This document shows positions 20,312-30,114 of a DNA stretch of 64,000 nucleotides, in pieces. A program made the position numbers and the translations under genes. The notes beneath the pieces were generated by a model. The model was not told where the DNA came from and made no database searches. It saw only the letters and a program-made list of their open reading frames with translations. Every line of letters starts with the position of its first letter. Within the stretch, counting starts at the first letter, position 1. This DNA is from Candidatus Woesearchaeota archaeon (lineage in GTDB: Archaea > Nanobdellota > Nanobdellia > Woesearchaeales > GW2011-AR15), in the NCBI GenBank assembly GCA_016935095.1, contig JAFGRO010000021.1, positions 916 through 64,915 on the forward strand, read 5' to 3'.

Positions 20312-21481
20312 TTGTTTATGGTATCGCTAATTCCTGTCATTATACTATTTCTGTTTATGATATTTTTTTCAATTTCCATAATTAAAGTTAATTTATTTGA
20401 TTATAAAACAACATATTTCGATATTAAAAATGATCTTGAAAATATTATGGTTATTAATGAGAGCATTATTATTACAAAGAATTCTGTGAATTTCAATAAT
20501 TATAATAGCGCAGGAAGCAATAACCAAGGTTTGCAAGAAATTGACTATGACAATAAAGGCTTAGTGTATGTATTCGGTGCTGCTTCTGTTGTTGCACCTA
20601 CCTATAACGCTTCTTTTCCATACTACCTTGAAGAATATATGAATAAAAATAACAGAAATATCAAAATTGTAAATCTCGGAATGGAGGGTATATACTCAGA
20701 CATTATTAAAACCAGAATCGCCTCATCTCTGAATAACAACATTCTTCCTGAATTGATCATCCCTTATTGCGGCCATAATGATTATGACAGGATCTACTGG
20801 GCTTATGTTAAAGGAAAGATGAACATAATAAGTAAGCTCTTTCCTAACGATCTTATTGAAAAGCTTGAAAAAAGGAACATGGAGCAAAGATTTAACCAAA
20901 TGCAAACAGACAATGAAAAATTGGCTCCTAAATATGTTCCAGTCTTCTCAAATATTGATGGAATTATTGAACCAAACATTAAAAAATATCTACAGATGAT
21001 AGGTATCCTAAGGTTAAATCAGGAATATTTTAACAGTTACAATAGACTTATCCTGGACCATTATTCTAAGAATATCGTTGCTATCATAAGAAGTGCAAAG
21101 GAAAAAAAAATACCCCGCCTAATTGTGACACCGATCAGCAACCTCGAAGCTGAACCTTTTGGGATAAATAAGGCTACTCTACACTTGTACAGGCAGGGAC
21201 TTAAAGAAAATGATTATAATAGAAGGATAAAATATCTTACAGATGCAAAGGACAGTGAGATATTCAGCTATCAACTGAGAGCAAAATCAGACCTTTCTTT
21301 ATTCCTTAATTCAATTAATGAAAGCAGAGTATATGTCCTTGACCTAAAAAAGGAACTTATGAATGACAAATTTAATTTCAGCTATGACAATTTCTATGAT
21401 TATGTCCACCTACGGCCTGCAGCTCACAAAAAGATTTCATTGATCCTGGGAAGCTATATCCTTGAAAGAAAAATAATATAA
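20312..21481 (+). CDS. Membrane-anchored SGNH/GDSL hydrolase-like protein
   Basis: Blocks VFGAASV, NLGMEG, GHND and DYVHL; N-terminal TM helix. Confidence 0.65.
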   Translation: MFMVSLIPVIILFLFMIFFSISIIKVNLFDYKTTYFDIKNDLENIMVINESIIITKNSVNFNNYNSAGSNNQGLQEIDYDNKGLVYVFGAASVVAPTYNASFPYYLEEYMNKNNRNIKIVNLGMEGIYSDIIKTRIASSLNNNILPELIIPYCGHNDYDRIYWAYVKGKMNIISKLFPNDLIEKLEKRNMEQRFNQMQTDNEKLAPKYVPVFSNIDGIIEPNIKKYLQMIGILRLNQEYFNSYNRLILDHYSKNIVAIIRSAKEKKIPRLIVTPISNLEAEPFGINKATLHLYRQGLKENDYNRRIKYLTDAKDSEIFSYQLRAKSDLSLFLNSINESRVYVLDLKKELMNDKFNFSYDNFYDYVHLRPAAHKKISLILGSYILERKII

Positions 21482-21512
21482 TGTAGAAAGAGTTCTTCTA
21501 ATATCATTGACA

Positions 21513-22877
21513 ATGAAACAGATCTTAATCCTGGAGCCGCTGCTGAATACATATTACAACAGTCTATTTTTCAAAAGCAGGGAACCCCATATCTCGACCT
21601 TGAGGGCAATTACGTTACTAAAAAAAGAATTTGATGTAGTATTTCTTGATTTTAAGACAGATAATGTATCAAAGAAGTCTTTACATAAGGAAATAATTAA
21701 TAGCAAGTATCTGTTTATTAATGTGAAATCCTATAATTTAAAATTATCAACTGAAATAATTGCTGAATCAATTAAATTAAATAAAGAGTTAATAATATTT
21801 GCATTCGGGCAATATGCTGAATATAATCCGGAATTTTTTTTTGAAAAATCATCAAAAATCCATGTAATTATAGGAGAATTATATGAATTTGCAGCAAGGT
21901 TCTGCTATCTTCAGAAAGAAAATAATAATATTACATTTAATAGTATTGAAAAAAGTAAATCTTCTATGGATATGGATCAGATTCCTAAAATAGATCTTCT
22001 GGAAATGAAAAAAAGGGATTATTATACTGTATATCCTCTTAAGACTATTAAGAAATACAAATGGGCTTTTATGAACCTTAGCGAGGGATGCCCTCATAAC
22101 TGTGTTTTCTGTTCACAGGCGCTAAGGATCTCGCATGGGAAGAGCATCAGGAACTTTTCAGAAAAAGAAGCCATTGACAGGATAATAAGAGTATTAGATT
22201 CAGGATTCAATGCAATAAGGTTTATTGATGATGACTTTTTAGCTAATAGAGAATTTGTTCAAAACCTGTGTAAGAGACTAATTAGAAGCAATCTTGATTT
22301 CAGGTGGATGGCACAGGTACGCGCAGACAAGATTGACAAGACTACAATTGCACTGATGAAAAAGGCAGGCTGTGAGTACCTGAATTTTGGGATAGAGTCA
22401 GCCTCTGATAGTGTTCTTAAAATCTTAAAAAAGGGCGAAACTATAAAACAGATGAAAAACGCAGCAATATTATGCAGAAAAGAAAAGATGCTTTTTGTTG
22501 CATATTTCATGATAGGCTCTCCCACCGAGACTATTAGTGATATTAATAATAGTATTAATCTTTCTTTTGAATTGAAACCAGATATGCTTCAGGTATGTTA
22601 TTTTACATCTTATGAAGGATCTGTCTTCTACTTAAAAAATAAAAAGAAGATCAGCTCAAGCATCAATCAGCAAAAATTCCACTATTTTGATATCTGCCAT
22701 AATTTCAGCAAGGTTCCAAACAGGATTTTGATGAAAATATGGAAAAGATGGTATCTTTGGTATTACTTGAATAATATACTAAAAATAATAAGGATTCTAA
22801 TTCTAACGTATCTTTTTTACCCCAGAAGAGTATTTGATTTAATTAAGCTTTGCATAAATATTAGAAAAAAAAAATGA
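21513..22877 (+). CDS. Radical SAM protein with divergent B12-binding domain
   Basis: SEGCPHNCVFC, FIDDDF, GIESAS, GSPTET; ATG 21513 preferred over TTG 21507. Confidence 0.88.
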   Translation: MKQILILEPLLNTYYNSLFFKSREPHISTLRAITLLKKEFDVVFLDFKTDNVSKKSLHKEIINSKYLFINVKSYNLKLSTEIIAESIKLNKELIIFAFGQYAEYNPEFFFEKSSKIHVIIGELYEFAARFCYLQKENNNITFNSIEKSKSSMDMDQIPKIDLLEMKKRDYYTVYPLKTIKKYKWAFMNLSEGCPHNCVFCSQALRISHGKSIRNFSEKEAIDRIIRVLDSGFNAIRFIDDDFLANREFVQNLCKRLIRSNLDFRWMAQVRADKIDKTTIALMKKAGCEYLNFGIESASDSVLKILKKGETIKQMKNAAILCRKEKMLFVAYFMIGSPTETISDINNSINLSFELKPDMLQVCYFTSYEGSVFYLKNKKKISSSINQQKFHYFDICHNFSKVPNRILMKIWKRWYLWYYLNNILKIIRILILTYLFYPRRVFDLIKLCINIRKKK

Positions 22878-23626
22878 TAATTAAAAAACTGAATAAAAAA
22901 GTCGATATAAAAGCATTGCCCTCATTGTATCTTCTTTTTTTAATAATTACTATTGTATATTCATTTTTACAGGAAAAGGTTATAATAATCATTCAAAATA
23001 TTAAATTATTATATCTAATTCTGTTTTTCATTGGATGTTATATCAGTGCCTTTGCATCAATTATCACATCAAGTAAAAGACCAATAAAAATTAATTTTAT
23101 AAAGAGTATTTTTAATGAAGCAGAAGAGGAAATATCATTTGAAAAAAACAGGTTTAGTATTCCCGAGTTAATTTCATTGTTAATCCTGCTCGCAACCGCA
23201 TTCATTGTAATAATTGACATATTGAATCAATGGCTTCTGCTAACATTCATAGGGGTGCTTGGACTTAGTTTTACATTTCTAAAAAATAATAACTGGAAGA
23301 CTATTGGAAAAAGCATTATTCGCTATTTGCTTGAAATTCCCAAACTATATTTTTTATTTCAATTGATTAACATTACTTCAAATCTTGCTGTAATCCTCTT
23401 TATCATCTCAATCGCAAGCATTTTTTATTATATTATTCCAAGAGGTATTTTTCTTCTTGAAATATATGTTGCAGTCCTGTTTTTTGTGTTAGGATTCAAT
23501 ATGGAAGTGTATTTGTTGTTTATAATTTTCGCCAGAGTAGTTGGTTCCATTTTTATATTAGCACCATATTTATTATTCATATTAAAAAATCATTTAAGAA
23601 TATGGCAATACAAAGACAAAAGATAG
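22874..23626 (+). CDS. Membrane protein, weakly flippase / lysylphosphatidylglycerol-synthase-TM-like
   Basis: About 8 hydrophobic segments; C-terminal IPRGIFLLE...R pattern; ATGA overlap with the upstream gene. Confidence 0.4.
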   Translation: MIIKKLNKKVDIKALPSLYLLFLIITIVYSFLQEKVIIIIQNIKLLYLILFFIGCYISAFASIITSSKRPIKINFIKSIFNEAEEEISFEKNRFSIPELISLLILLATAFIVIIDILNQWLLLTFIGVLGLSFTFLKNNNWKTIGKSIIRYLLEIPKLYFLFQLINITSNLAVILFIISIASIFYYIIPRGIFLLEIYVAVLFFVLGFNMEVYLLFIIFARVVGSIFILAPYLLFILKNHLRIWQYKDKR

Positions 23627-24807
23627 ATTATCCAGGATTTAGGTCAGAAAGGATATTCAGGAATACAGAAAAGATAGAGTCAAATGTTATAAATCTTATC
23701 AAAAAAAGGCTTAATCTTAAGACTGCAGAATTAATTATTACCAGTTCTGCAAGGGATTCCATATTTTATATATTAAGAGAACTAAAGAGAATAATAAAAA
23801 AAAAAAAAGTAATGATTGCTTCCTTTAATTTCAGCCTGATGTCGCATATAATAAGAAAAAGCGGGCTTGAACCTGTCTATGTTGATGTAGATATAAATAC
23901 GTTTAATATTTCTGAAAACGACCTAAAAGAAAAGATTGACCCTGAATGCGGAATTGCAATAATAACACATATACTTGGAAACCCTGTTGAATTATCAGTC
24001 ATTAGAATGTTACAAAAGAGAGGAATTATTGTCATTGAGGACTGCGCGCATTCATTTGATGCTCAATTCTCTTATAATAAGGATAATAAAAACAAATTTG
24101 TAAAAACAGGATGCTGTGGGGATATTGCTGTCTTCAGTTTTAATTATACAAAGCCATTGAATTCAATATATGGTGCTGCTATTGGCATTAATAATAGCTC
24201 ACTAAAAAGATCAATCTTGCTGAATAATTCATATAAATGTATAAAAAGAACATCTTTTTTATGTGAAATTAAATTGTATTTAAAATCCCTTATCACTTAT
24301 TTTCTTTTATCAACTCCTTTATTTGATATGTTCACATGGCAGGTTAATAGATTTATCTTTAGAACAATGGAAGGATTTGATATAATTGATTATTTTTCAC
24401 GTGACAATCAAGTCTATATGCCAAAACAAATTAAGAAAATGAATAAAATATCTCTATTAATTCTTGAAAATAATATTAAAAAATTTGATAGCAAATTAAA
24501 AAAAATATCATTGATAAGAAAAGAATACAGTACAAGGCTTAGAGAAGAAAAAATACAAAAAGGAAGTATAAAAACAGGATATCTTTATGCTTTACTTGTT
24601 AAAGATAAAAATAAATCAAAGAAAATATTGATAAAATTTGGAATAGACATAAAAACAGGATATTGCAGAGACATCTCAAAATCAGAATGTAATATGTCTG
24701 CCTTCCTTGAGAAGCATATGATATATCTTCCATTTTACCAATCACTTGACCTGGAAAAGATAGAAAAAATAACAGGGATAATTAAAGAGATAAATCTGGC
24801 ACTTTAA
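23602..24807 (+). CDS. DegT/DnrJ/EryC1/StrS PLP-dependent sugar aminotransferase
   Basis: PVYVDVD, THILGNP, IEDCAHS, FSFNYTKPL (PLP lysine) and YLPFY motifs. Confidence 0.88.
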   Translation: MAIQRQKIDYPGFRSERIFRNTEKIESNVINLIKKRLNLKTAELIITSSARDSIFYILRELKRIIKKKKVMIASFNFSLMSHIIRKSGLEPVYVDVDINTFNISENDLKEKIDPECGIAIITHILGNPVELSVIRMLQKRGIIVIEDCAHSFDAQFSYNKDNKNKFVKTGCCGDIAVFSFNYTKPLNSIYGAAIGINNSSLKRSILLNNSYKCIKRTSFLCEIKLYLKSLITYFLLSTPLFDMFTWQVNRFIFRTMEGFDIIDYFSRDNQVYMPKQIKKMNKISLLILENNIKKFDSKLKKISLIRKEYSTRLREEKIQKGSIKTGYLYALLVKDKNKSKKILIKFGIDIKTGYCRDISKSECNMSAFLEKHMIYLPFYQSLDLEKIEKITGIIKEINLAL

Positions 24808-24808
24808 A

Positions 24809-26311
24809 ATGAAAGGGAAAATAAATATTCTTTTGATAAGCCCGATAGCAGGGATTCATGATTTTTTATATAAGAACATTCCTCTTCCTCTGCTAGCAAT
24901 ATGCAGGAATATTGACCTGGAAAAATATAATATTATTATCATTGACCAGAAGTTTTCAGGCTGGAAAAAAAGACTAAAATATGTCTTGAAAAAAAGAAAG
25001 ATTCTACTTGCAGGTATTACTGCGCTAACAGGATATCAGCTGAAATTTGGAATATTGATCGCTGGATATATCAGGAAGCATAGACCAGACATTAAGATCG
25101 TATTTGGTGGGATTCATCCAACATCAACTCCAGAAATTTGTCTCAAAGAAGACTATATTGACTATATTGTTCTTGGCGAGGCAGAGGAAATATTTCCAAG
25201 ACTTGTTGAATGTCTTGCAAAGAATAAAAATCCTGTAGGAATAAAGGGCATCGGCTACAAGGATAAAAATAAAAAAATTATCATTAATGAAGAAAAAGAA
25301 TTTATTAATCTGGATAATCTTGCTGATCTTCCTTACAACCTTATTAATATGAAAAGATATATCAGCCATATCGGCAGGAGGGAGTTTTATATTGAGGGAG
25401 CCAGAGGTTGTCCATATAACTGCAGCTTCTGCTATAATACTATATATAATAGAAGGATACGAAGAGCAATCTCTCCTGAAAAGATCATTTCAAACATGAA
25501 GCATCTTTTATTAAACTATGGAATAGATAATTTTTTTATTATAGATGACAGCTTTTTTGTCTCCAAAAAAAGGGTTTTTAAATTCTGCAGATTAATAAAA
25601 GAAAACAGGCTTGCCATTAATTGGAGTTGCGAGGCCAATTATTGCTCAATAAAGAGTCTTGATAATGATGTAATAAAAGAATTGATAAGTTCAGGGATGA
25701 GCTGGATTGCAGTAGGTGTTGAAAGCGGCTCAGAAGGAATTCGCAGGAAACTAAATAAGCATATTGACAACAGTGAACTTATTGAATTCAACAGGAAAAT
25801 CAGTAAATACAATTTAAAGATCAGGTATAATTTCATGACAGGCATTGCTTTTGAAGAAGAAGAAGACCTGCATAAGACAATCACCCTAATAAAAATACTT
25901 CTAAGCGATAATCCGAATGCCATGATCCAGCCGATCTATATCACTGTGCCATTCCCAAAAACCAGATATTTTGACCAGTGTAAAAAGTACGGCTTAAAAG
26001 TACCAAAAACACTTGCTGAGTGGAGTAAATATGATTCTTATAGGGCAAGAGAATTTCTGCCATGGATCAGCGGCAAAAAAGGAGATGTATCTGAATTTCT
26101 TATGTATATCTCCTATTTTATTGACTTGAAAATTGAGCACCACATATCTGATTCAGCTATAGGAAAGGTATTAAAATTAATATGTAAAGTATATAATCCT
26201 TTTGCAAGATTTAGGTTCAATAATTTTTACTATTCATTTTTTTTTGAAAAATGGTTAATCAAGGAAATAAACAAAATGCAGCTGTCAGCAATTGAGAATA
26301 AATTAATATAG
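24809..26311 (+). CDS. Cobalamin-binding radical SAM protein (paralog of 15529..16989)
   Basis: FGGIHPT, LGEAE, ARGCPYNCSFC, GVESGS. Confidence 0.92.
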   Translation: MKGKINILLISPIAGIHDFLYKNIPLPLLAICRNIDLEKYNIIIIDQKFSGWKKRLKYVLKKRKILLAGITALTGYQLKFGILIAGYIRKHRPDIKIVFGGIHPTSTPEICLKEDYIDYIVLGEAEEIFPRLVECLAKNKNPVGIKGIGYKDKNKKIIINEEKEFINLDNLADLPYNLINMKRYISHIGRREFYIEGARGCPYNCSFCYNTIYNRRIRRAISPEKIISNMKHLLLNYGIDNFFIIDDSFFVSKKRVFKFCRLIKENRLAINWSCEANYCSIKSLDNDVIKELISSGMSWIAVGVESGSEGIRRKLNKHIDNSELIEFNRKISKYNLKIRYNFMTGIAFEEEEDLHKTITLIKILLSDNPNAMIQPIYITVPFPKTRYFDQCKKYGLKVPKTLAEWSKYDSYRAREFLPWISGKKGDVSEFLMYISYFIDLKIEHHISDSAIGKVLKLICKVYNPFARFRFNNFYYSFFFEKWLIKEINKMQLSAIENKLI

Positions 26312-26338
26312 ATACATGAAAGAGAAGTCATATATGTC

Positions 26339-26743
26339 TCAGGTGCAATTATAGTCGATGGTTACATCAGTCTCTCCATATGGCATGTCAACACGTTTCC
26401 TTATATGCTGAACTGACCTTGGTAATAAAGATAAATTAAATGTGTAATTTTCCTCCTCCACTTTAATATTAAAAAGGCAGAATTTATCAGATTTGAATAA
26501 ATTTACCACCTTGAATCTTACATACACATCTGAGTCATCATCTTCAAAATCAACATCTGGTATAAATATCTGCTCGGTGCTCATTCTTCTATCAAACATA
26601 AGGAGCGGGTCAATGTTAATTCCTTCAGGAAAATATTTGGTCCAGGTATTTACAATAATAAATGACACAAGAACCAGAATTGCAATAATCTCATAGATAT
26701 TTCCTTCTCTCAGAAAATGATTTTTCTTTTTTTTTTTAAGCAT
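26339..26743 (-). CDS. Small single-pass membrane protein, hypothetical
   Basis: Basic N-terminus, one TM helix and a beta-rich C-domain with two Cys. Confidence 0.6.
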   Translation of the reverse strand: MLKKKKKNHFLREGNIYEIIAILVLVSFIIVNTWTKYFPEGINIDPLLMFDRRMSTEQIFIPDVDFEDDDSDVYVRFKVVNLFKSDKFCLFNIKVEEENYTFNLSLLPRSVQHIRKRVDMPYGETDVTIDYNCT

Positions 26744-26841
26744 GTTCTTCTTGATTCTATTTAATAAAAAACATAGATAAGAATAAAAATATTTTTATGT
26801 ATTTTATATTTATTACTTTTTCCTTAATAGAGCTACGTTTA

Positions 26842-28611
26842 TCAAGTACAGGTATATTTTATTAATTCAACCGATCTTCCTTGAAATGAACTTTCAAATT
26901 CAATTGTTTTTTTGCATGAACCCATAAGTTTGTCTATTTCATTAACATCTATTCTGAAAACAAAATTTTGGTTATAGTCATAATCAGTATAATATTTTTG
27001 ATTATAATAATAAAAGCATTTCCCTTTTTTATTATATTTCCCAAGATTTTCATAAAATTCAGGCGGCATTCCAAAAAAAACCGCATTTTCCTGCAGGCCG
27101 TAAAAAAAGTCAAGAGGAGGCTGCCCCGAGTGGATTTTTATTATTTTGCATGATGAATCAAGCTCAATGTTTTTTTTAATATTCAGCATTTCAGCGTAAA
27201 GCGGCTGAGTTTCAAAAGCAAAAGAATAATTAAGGTTATCAGCTGTAATTATAGTTAAAACAATAAATAAAAGTATTAAAAAAAAGTTCAAGGCCTTCTG
27301 GTTTTTTATTTTTAAAAATTTTGATGCAACCCATCTAATCCCGTAAAAAGACAGCAGTATTGCGCATATAAAAACATGGACTGAATATTTAAAAGAATAT
27401 CTTAAACCATGGACTGTAAATCCCAGCTGAAAAAACATAAAAAAGAGATAAGCTATGGCGCAAAAGTGAAAAGGGAGATTATCTGATTTAATCTTTTTAT
27501 TCCAACTTAAATGCGTAATTAAATTAAAAACAAGGATTAATGAAACCAAAATACATACATAATCAAATAGATTTACAAACCCGTATTTAATATTGAGATC
27601 CTGATTTACAATAATATTATTATGAAATATATACACCGAATGCTTCAACACATTGAAAGTTGTAAATTCATTATAATGCGTGCCCTGCCTTTCAGCAACA
27701 TCCATTGTTGTAAAAGCCATAATCACTACCATCAGCCGGATTAATAGAAGAATTAAAAAAACCGCTGTTATTTTCTTTATAAACTTGTTTTTTTTAATGA
27801 ATATACTTACAAAAAATAGATACGGCACGCCCAGTAAAAATGACAATTCAATCCTGTAATAAGAAGCAATAAGCAGGCTTAATCCGGATAAAATAAAAGA
27901 TTCCTTGTTTTTTTTTGAAATATAATCAAAAAGAAAAAACATTGATAAATAAGTAAACAGCAATGAAATTAGGGTATAGTTTATTGTGCTAAGATTTAAT
28001 TTAACAAATTCAGAAGATATAAATGAAAAAAAAACAAATAAAGCTATAAAATTGCTTTTAAATAATTTTTTTGATATAAGGAAAACCACAAAAAGAAAAA
28101 ATACAGCAAGTATCTTGTTAATTACAAGGACTATCTCAGGAATTATCTTAACATGAAATATTCCTATTAAAATCGTATAAGGAACCATTGCAAAAGATTT
28201 GGGCCAGAAAAAAAGTGTGTCATAATATATTGGTTTAATAAACAAATTCCCCATAATAAATCTGAATTTCTGGAAAACCTGGCCTGTGCAGGTATCTTTC
28301 ATCAGTATAAAAATAATAAAAGCAGAGATTCCTATGACAAGGCATGAAAAAAAGACATCCTGCTTTTTGATTTTTTGAATTTTCAGTTTTCTGTGGTAAT
28401 TTAGTATAAAAACAACAAAATAGAATCCAAAAGCCAGGAAAAGAAGAGCCATAATTAAACAATTCAACCAAATGTAAAAATGAGTATGGACAATTGCCTT
28501 GTTTATATTTTTGAATAAAGTCATAAGTGCAAGAGAACATATAAGAATTGCCATGAAGGAATAATTAGTATGTAGGCTATCCAGTTTTTTTTTCAGCTTG
28601 TGAAATCTCAT
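26842..28611 (-). CDS. Polytopic membrane protein (GT-C-like), paralog of 34231..36030
   Basis: Many TMs, YYRIE motif, and a soluble C-domain GQP.LD..Y.LQ.N.V.FG.PPEFYENL shared with the paralog. Confidence 0.55.
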   Translation of the reverse strand: MRFHKLKKKLDSLHTNYSFMAILICSLALMTLFKNINKAIVHTHFYIWLNCLIMALLFLAFGFYFVVFILNYHRKLKIQKIKKQDVFFSCLVIGISAFIIFILMKDTCTGQVFQKFRFIMGNLFIKPIYYDTLFFWPKSFAMVPYTILIGIFHVKIIPEIVLVINKILAVFFLFVVFLISKKLFKSNFIALFVFFSFISSEFVKLNLSTINYTLISLLFTYLSMFFLFDYISKKNKESFILSGLSLLIASYYRIELSFLLGVPYLFFVSIFIKKNKFIKKITAVFLILLLIRLMVVIMAFTTMDVAERQGTHYNEFTTFNVLKHSVYIFHNNIIVNQDLNIKYGFVNLFDYVCILVSLILVFNLITHLSWNKKIKSDNLPFHFCAIAYLFFMFFQLGFTVHGLRYSFKYSVHVFICAILLSFYGIRWVASKFLKIKNQKALNFFLILLFIVLTIITADNLNYSFAFETQPLYAEMLNIKKNIELDSSCKIIKIHSGQPPLDFFYGLQENAVFFGMPPEFYENLGKYNKKGKCFYYYNQKYYTDYDYNQNFVFRIDVNEIDKLMGSCKKTIEFESSFQGRSVELIKYTCT

Positions 28612-28621
28612 TTTAGATATA

Positions 28622-30028
28622 TTATCTTATAAATATCATTTTAAAGGCTGCTTTCATATACCTGAAAAATTCATCCGTAGATTTAATATTTAGTATTGAC
28701 ATTATTATATATTTCGGCCTTAGATAAAAAGAAAGATAAGCTTTTTGAGTATATTGTTCAATCTCTTTTTCTGATAAGTCACACCATGGATTCGGCAGCC
28801 TTTTCGCCCCTGCTTTTCCAAGGACAAAATCCGCCCAGAAATCCTGTTTTATTGTTTTTTTTAAGCTTTCATACAGCTTTGAGCCGGGCTTAGCAATTGT
28901 CCTGGAAAACTGGATATAATCAAAGCCAATCTTTTTTGCAAAATCCACGTTTCTGAAAATAGTCTCTTTTGTTTCTCCCGGATTTCCTATCATAAAAAAG
29001 CCAAGGGTTTTGATTTTATATTTTTTTGTCAGAGCAATAGTTTTTTTAATAAGGTTCAGATTTATCTTCTTGTTTATTCTGTCCTGCGTAGTCTTATCTA
29101 TTGTCTCAATCCCGTAATATATCCTTGTGCATCCTGCGTCTGCCATTTTCTTCAGGGTTATTTTATCTACATTATCTATCCTGGACCTGCATGACCAGCT
29201 GATTTTTAAATTTCTTTTTTTAATTTCACTGCAGAAATCAAGAACCCATCTTTTATCTAAAGTAAAGACCGCATCAAAAAAATCTATCTCATTAATATTG
29301 AATTTTTTTTTGCATTCTTCCATTTCATCAACAACCTTTTTTGGCTGTCTTGCTTTGTATTTCATTAAAGGGATACAGCAAAAAGTGCAGGCGTAAGGGC
29401 ACCCGACAGAAGCAAGCATGACTGTAAAATTCTTTTTTTTTGAAATAAACTGGTAATATTTCTCATTTGGAAGCAAGTGCCTTGCGGGAAAAGGAAGTTT
29501 ATCAAGGTTCTCCCCTAATGCAGAGGTCTTATTGAAAAGAAGCTTATTATTTTTCCTGAAATATAATCCGTTAATATCCTTAAAGTCATTTTTTTTAGAT
29601 TCCAGTTTTTCAATAAACCTGATAAAATTGCTGCTTATGCTTCCTGAAAAGCCGAAATCAATTTCATTGTAACTGAGTATTTCCCTTGGATACAATATAA
29701 GATTTATGCCTCCCACTATTATCCTGGCTTTTGTTTTTGATTTTATTAATTTAATCCATTTTATTGTATCCTGGAAATCATATATTGAATGAAGATTAAA
29801 TCCAATTAATCCAGGATTGAATCGCCTGATCTTATTTAAGACCTGCTCTTTTGTCAGCCTGAGAGCATTTGCATCAATTATTATTGCATTATGATTGTGT
29901 TTTTCCAATAATGCAGCTATATATGCAAGATTAAGAGGAGGATATAGCCCAAACTCTTCAGAGACTGTCTGAAGGTTCTCTTCAAAGACCTGGTATTTCC
30001 TGGGAACATTAATTAAGGCTACCTTCAT
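28622..30028 (-). CDS. Cobalamin-binding radical SAM protein
   Basis: YPPLNLAYIAA, LPFPARHLL, SVGCPYACTFC, GIET, GNPGET. Confidence 0.92.
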   Translation of the reverse strand: MKVALINVPRKYQVFEENLQTVSEEFGLYPPLNLAYIAALLEKHNHNAIIIDANALRLTKEQVLNKIRRFNPGLIGFNLHSIYDFQDTIKWIKLIKSKTKARIIVGGINLILYPREILSYNEIDFGFSGSISSNFIRFIEKLESKKNDFKDINGLYFRKNNKLLFNKTSALGENLDKLPFPARHLLPNEKYYQFISKKKNFTVMLASVGCPYACTFCCIPLMKYKARQPKKVVDEMEECKKKFNINEIDFFDAVFTLDKRWVLDFCSEIKKRNLKISWSCRSRIDNVDKITLKKMADAGCTRIYYGIETIDKTTQDRINKKINLNLIKKTIALTKKYKIKTLGFFMIGNPGETKETIFRNVDFAKKIGFDYIQFSRTIAKPGSKLYESLKKTIKQDFWADFVLGKAGAKRLPNPWCDLSEKEIEQYTQKAYLSFYLRPKYIIMSILNIKSTDEFFRYMKAAFKMIFIR

Positions 30029-30114
30029 ATTTAAAAGATAATAATTTTTATATAATATTAAAATCTTTTCAAATCATAGAAACAATTTAATATTATTGAA
30101 GAATACTATTTTTA

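Noticed and set aside
20293-20320. ATG at 20293 as the true start of the SGNH-like gene via slippage in the A10 tract
   Set aside because: ATG-AAC-TAA stops at the very beginning of the tract, so tract length changes would not restore the frame. Downstream TTG/ATG starts suffice.
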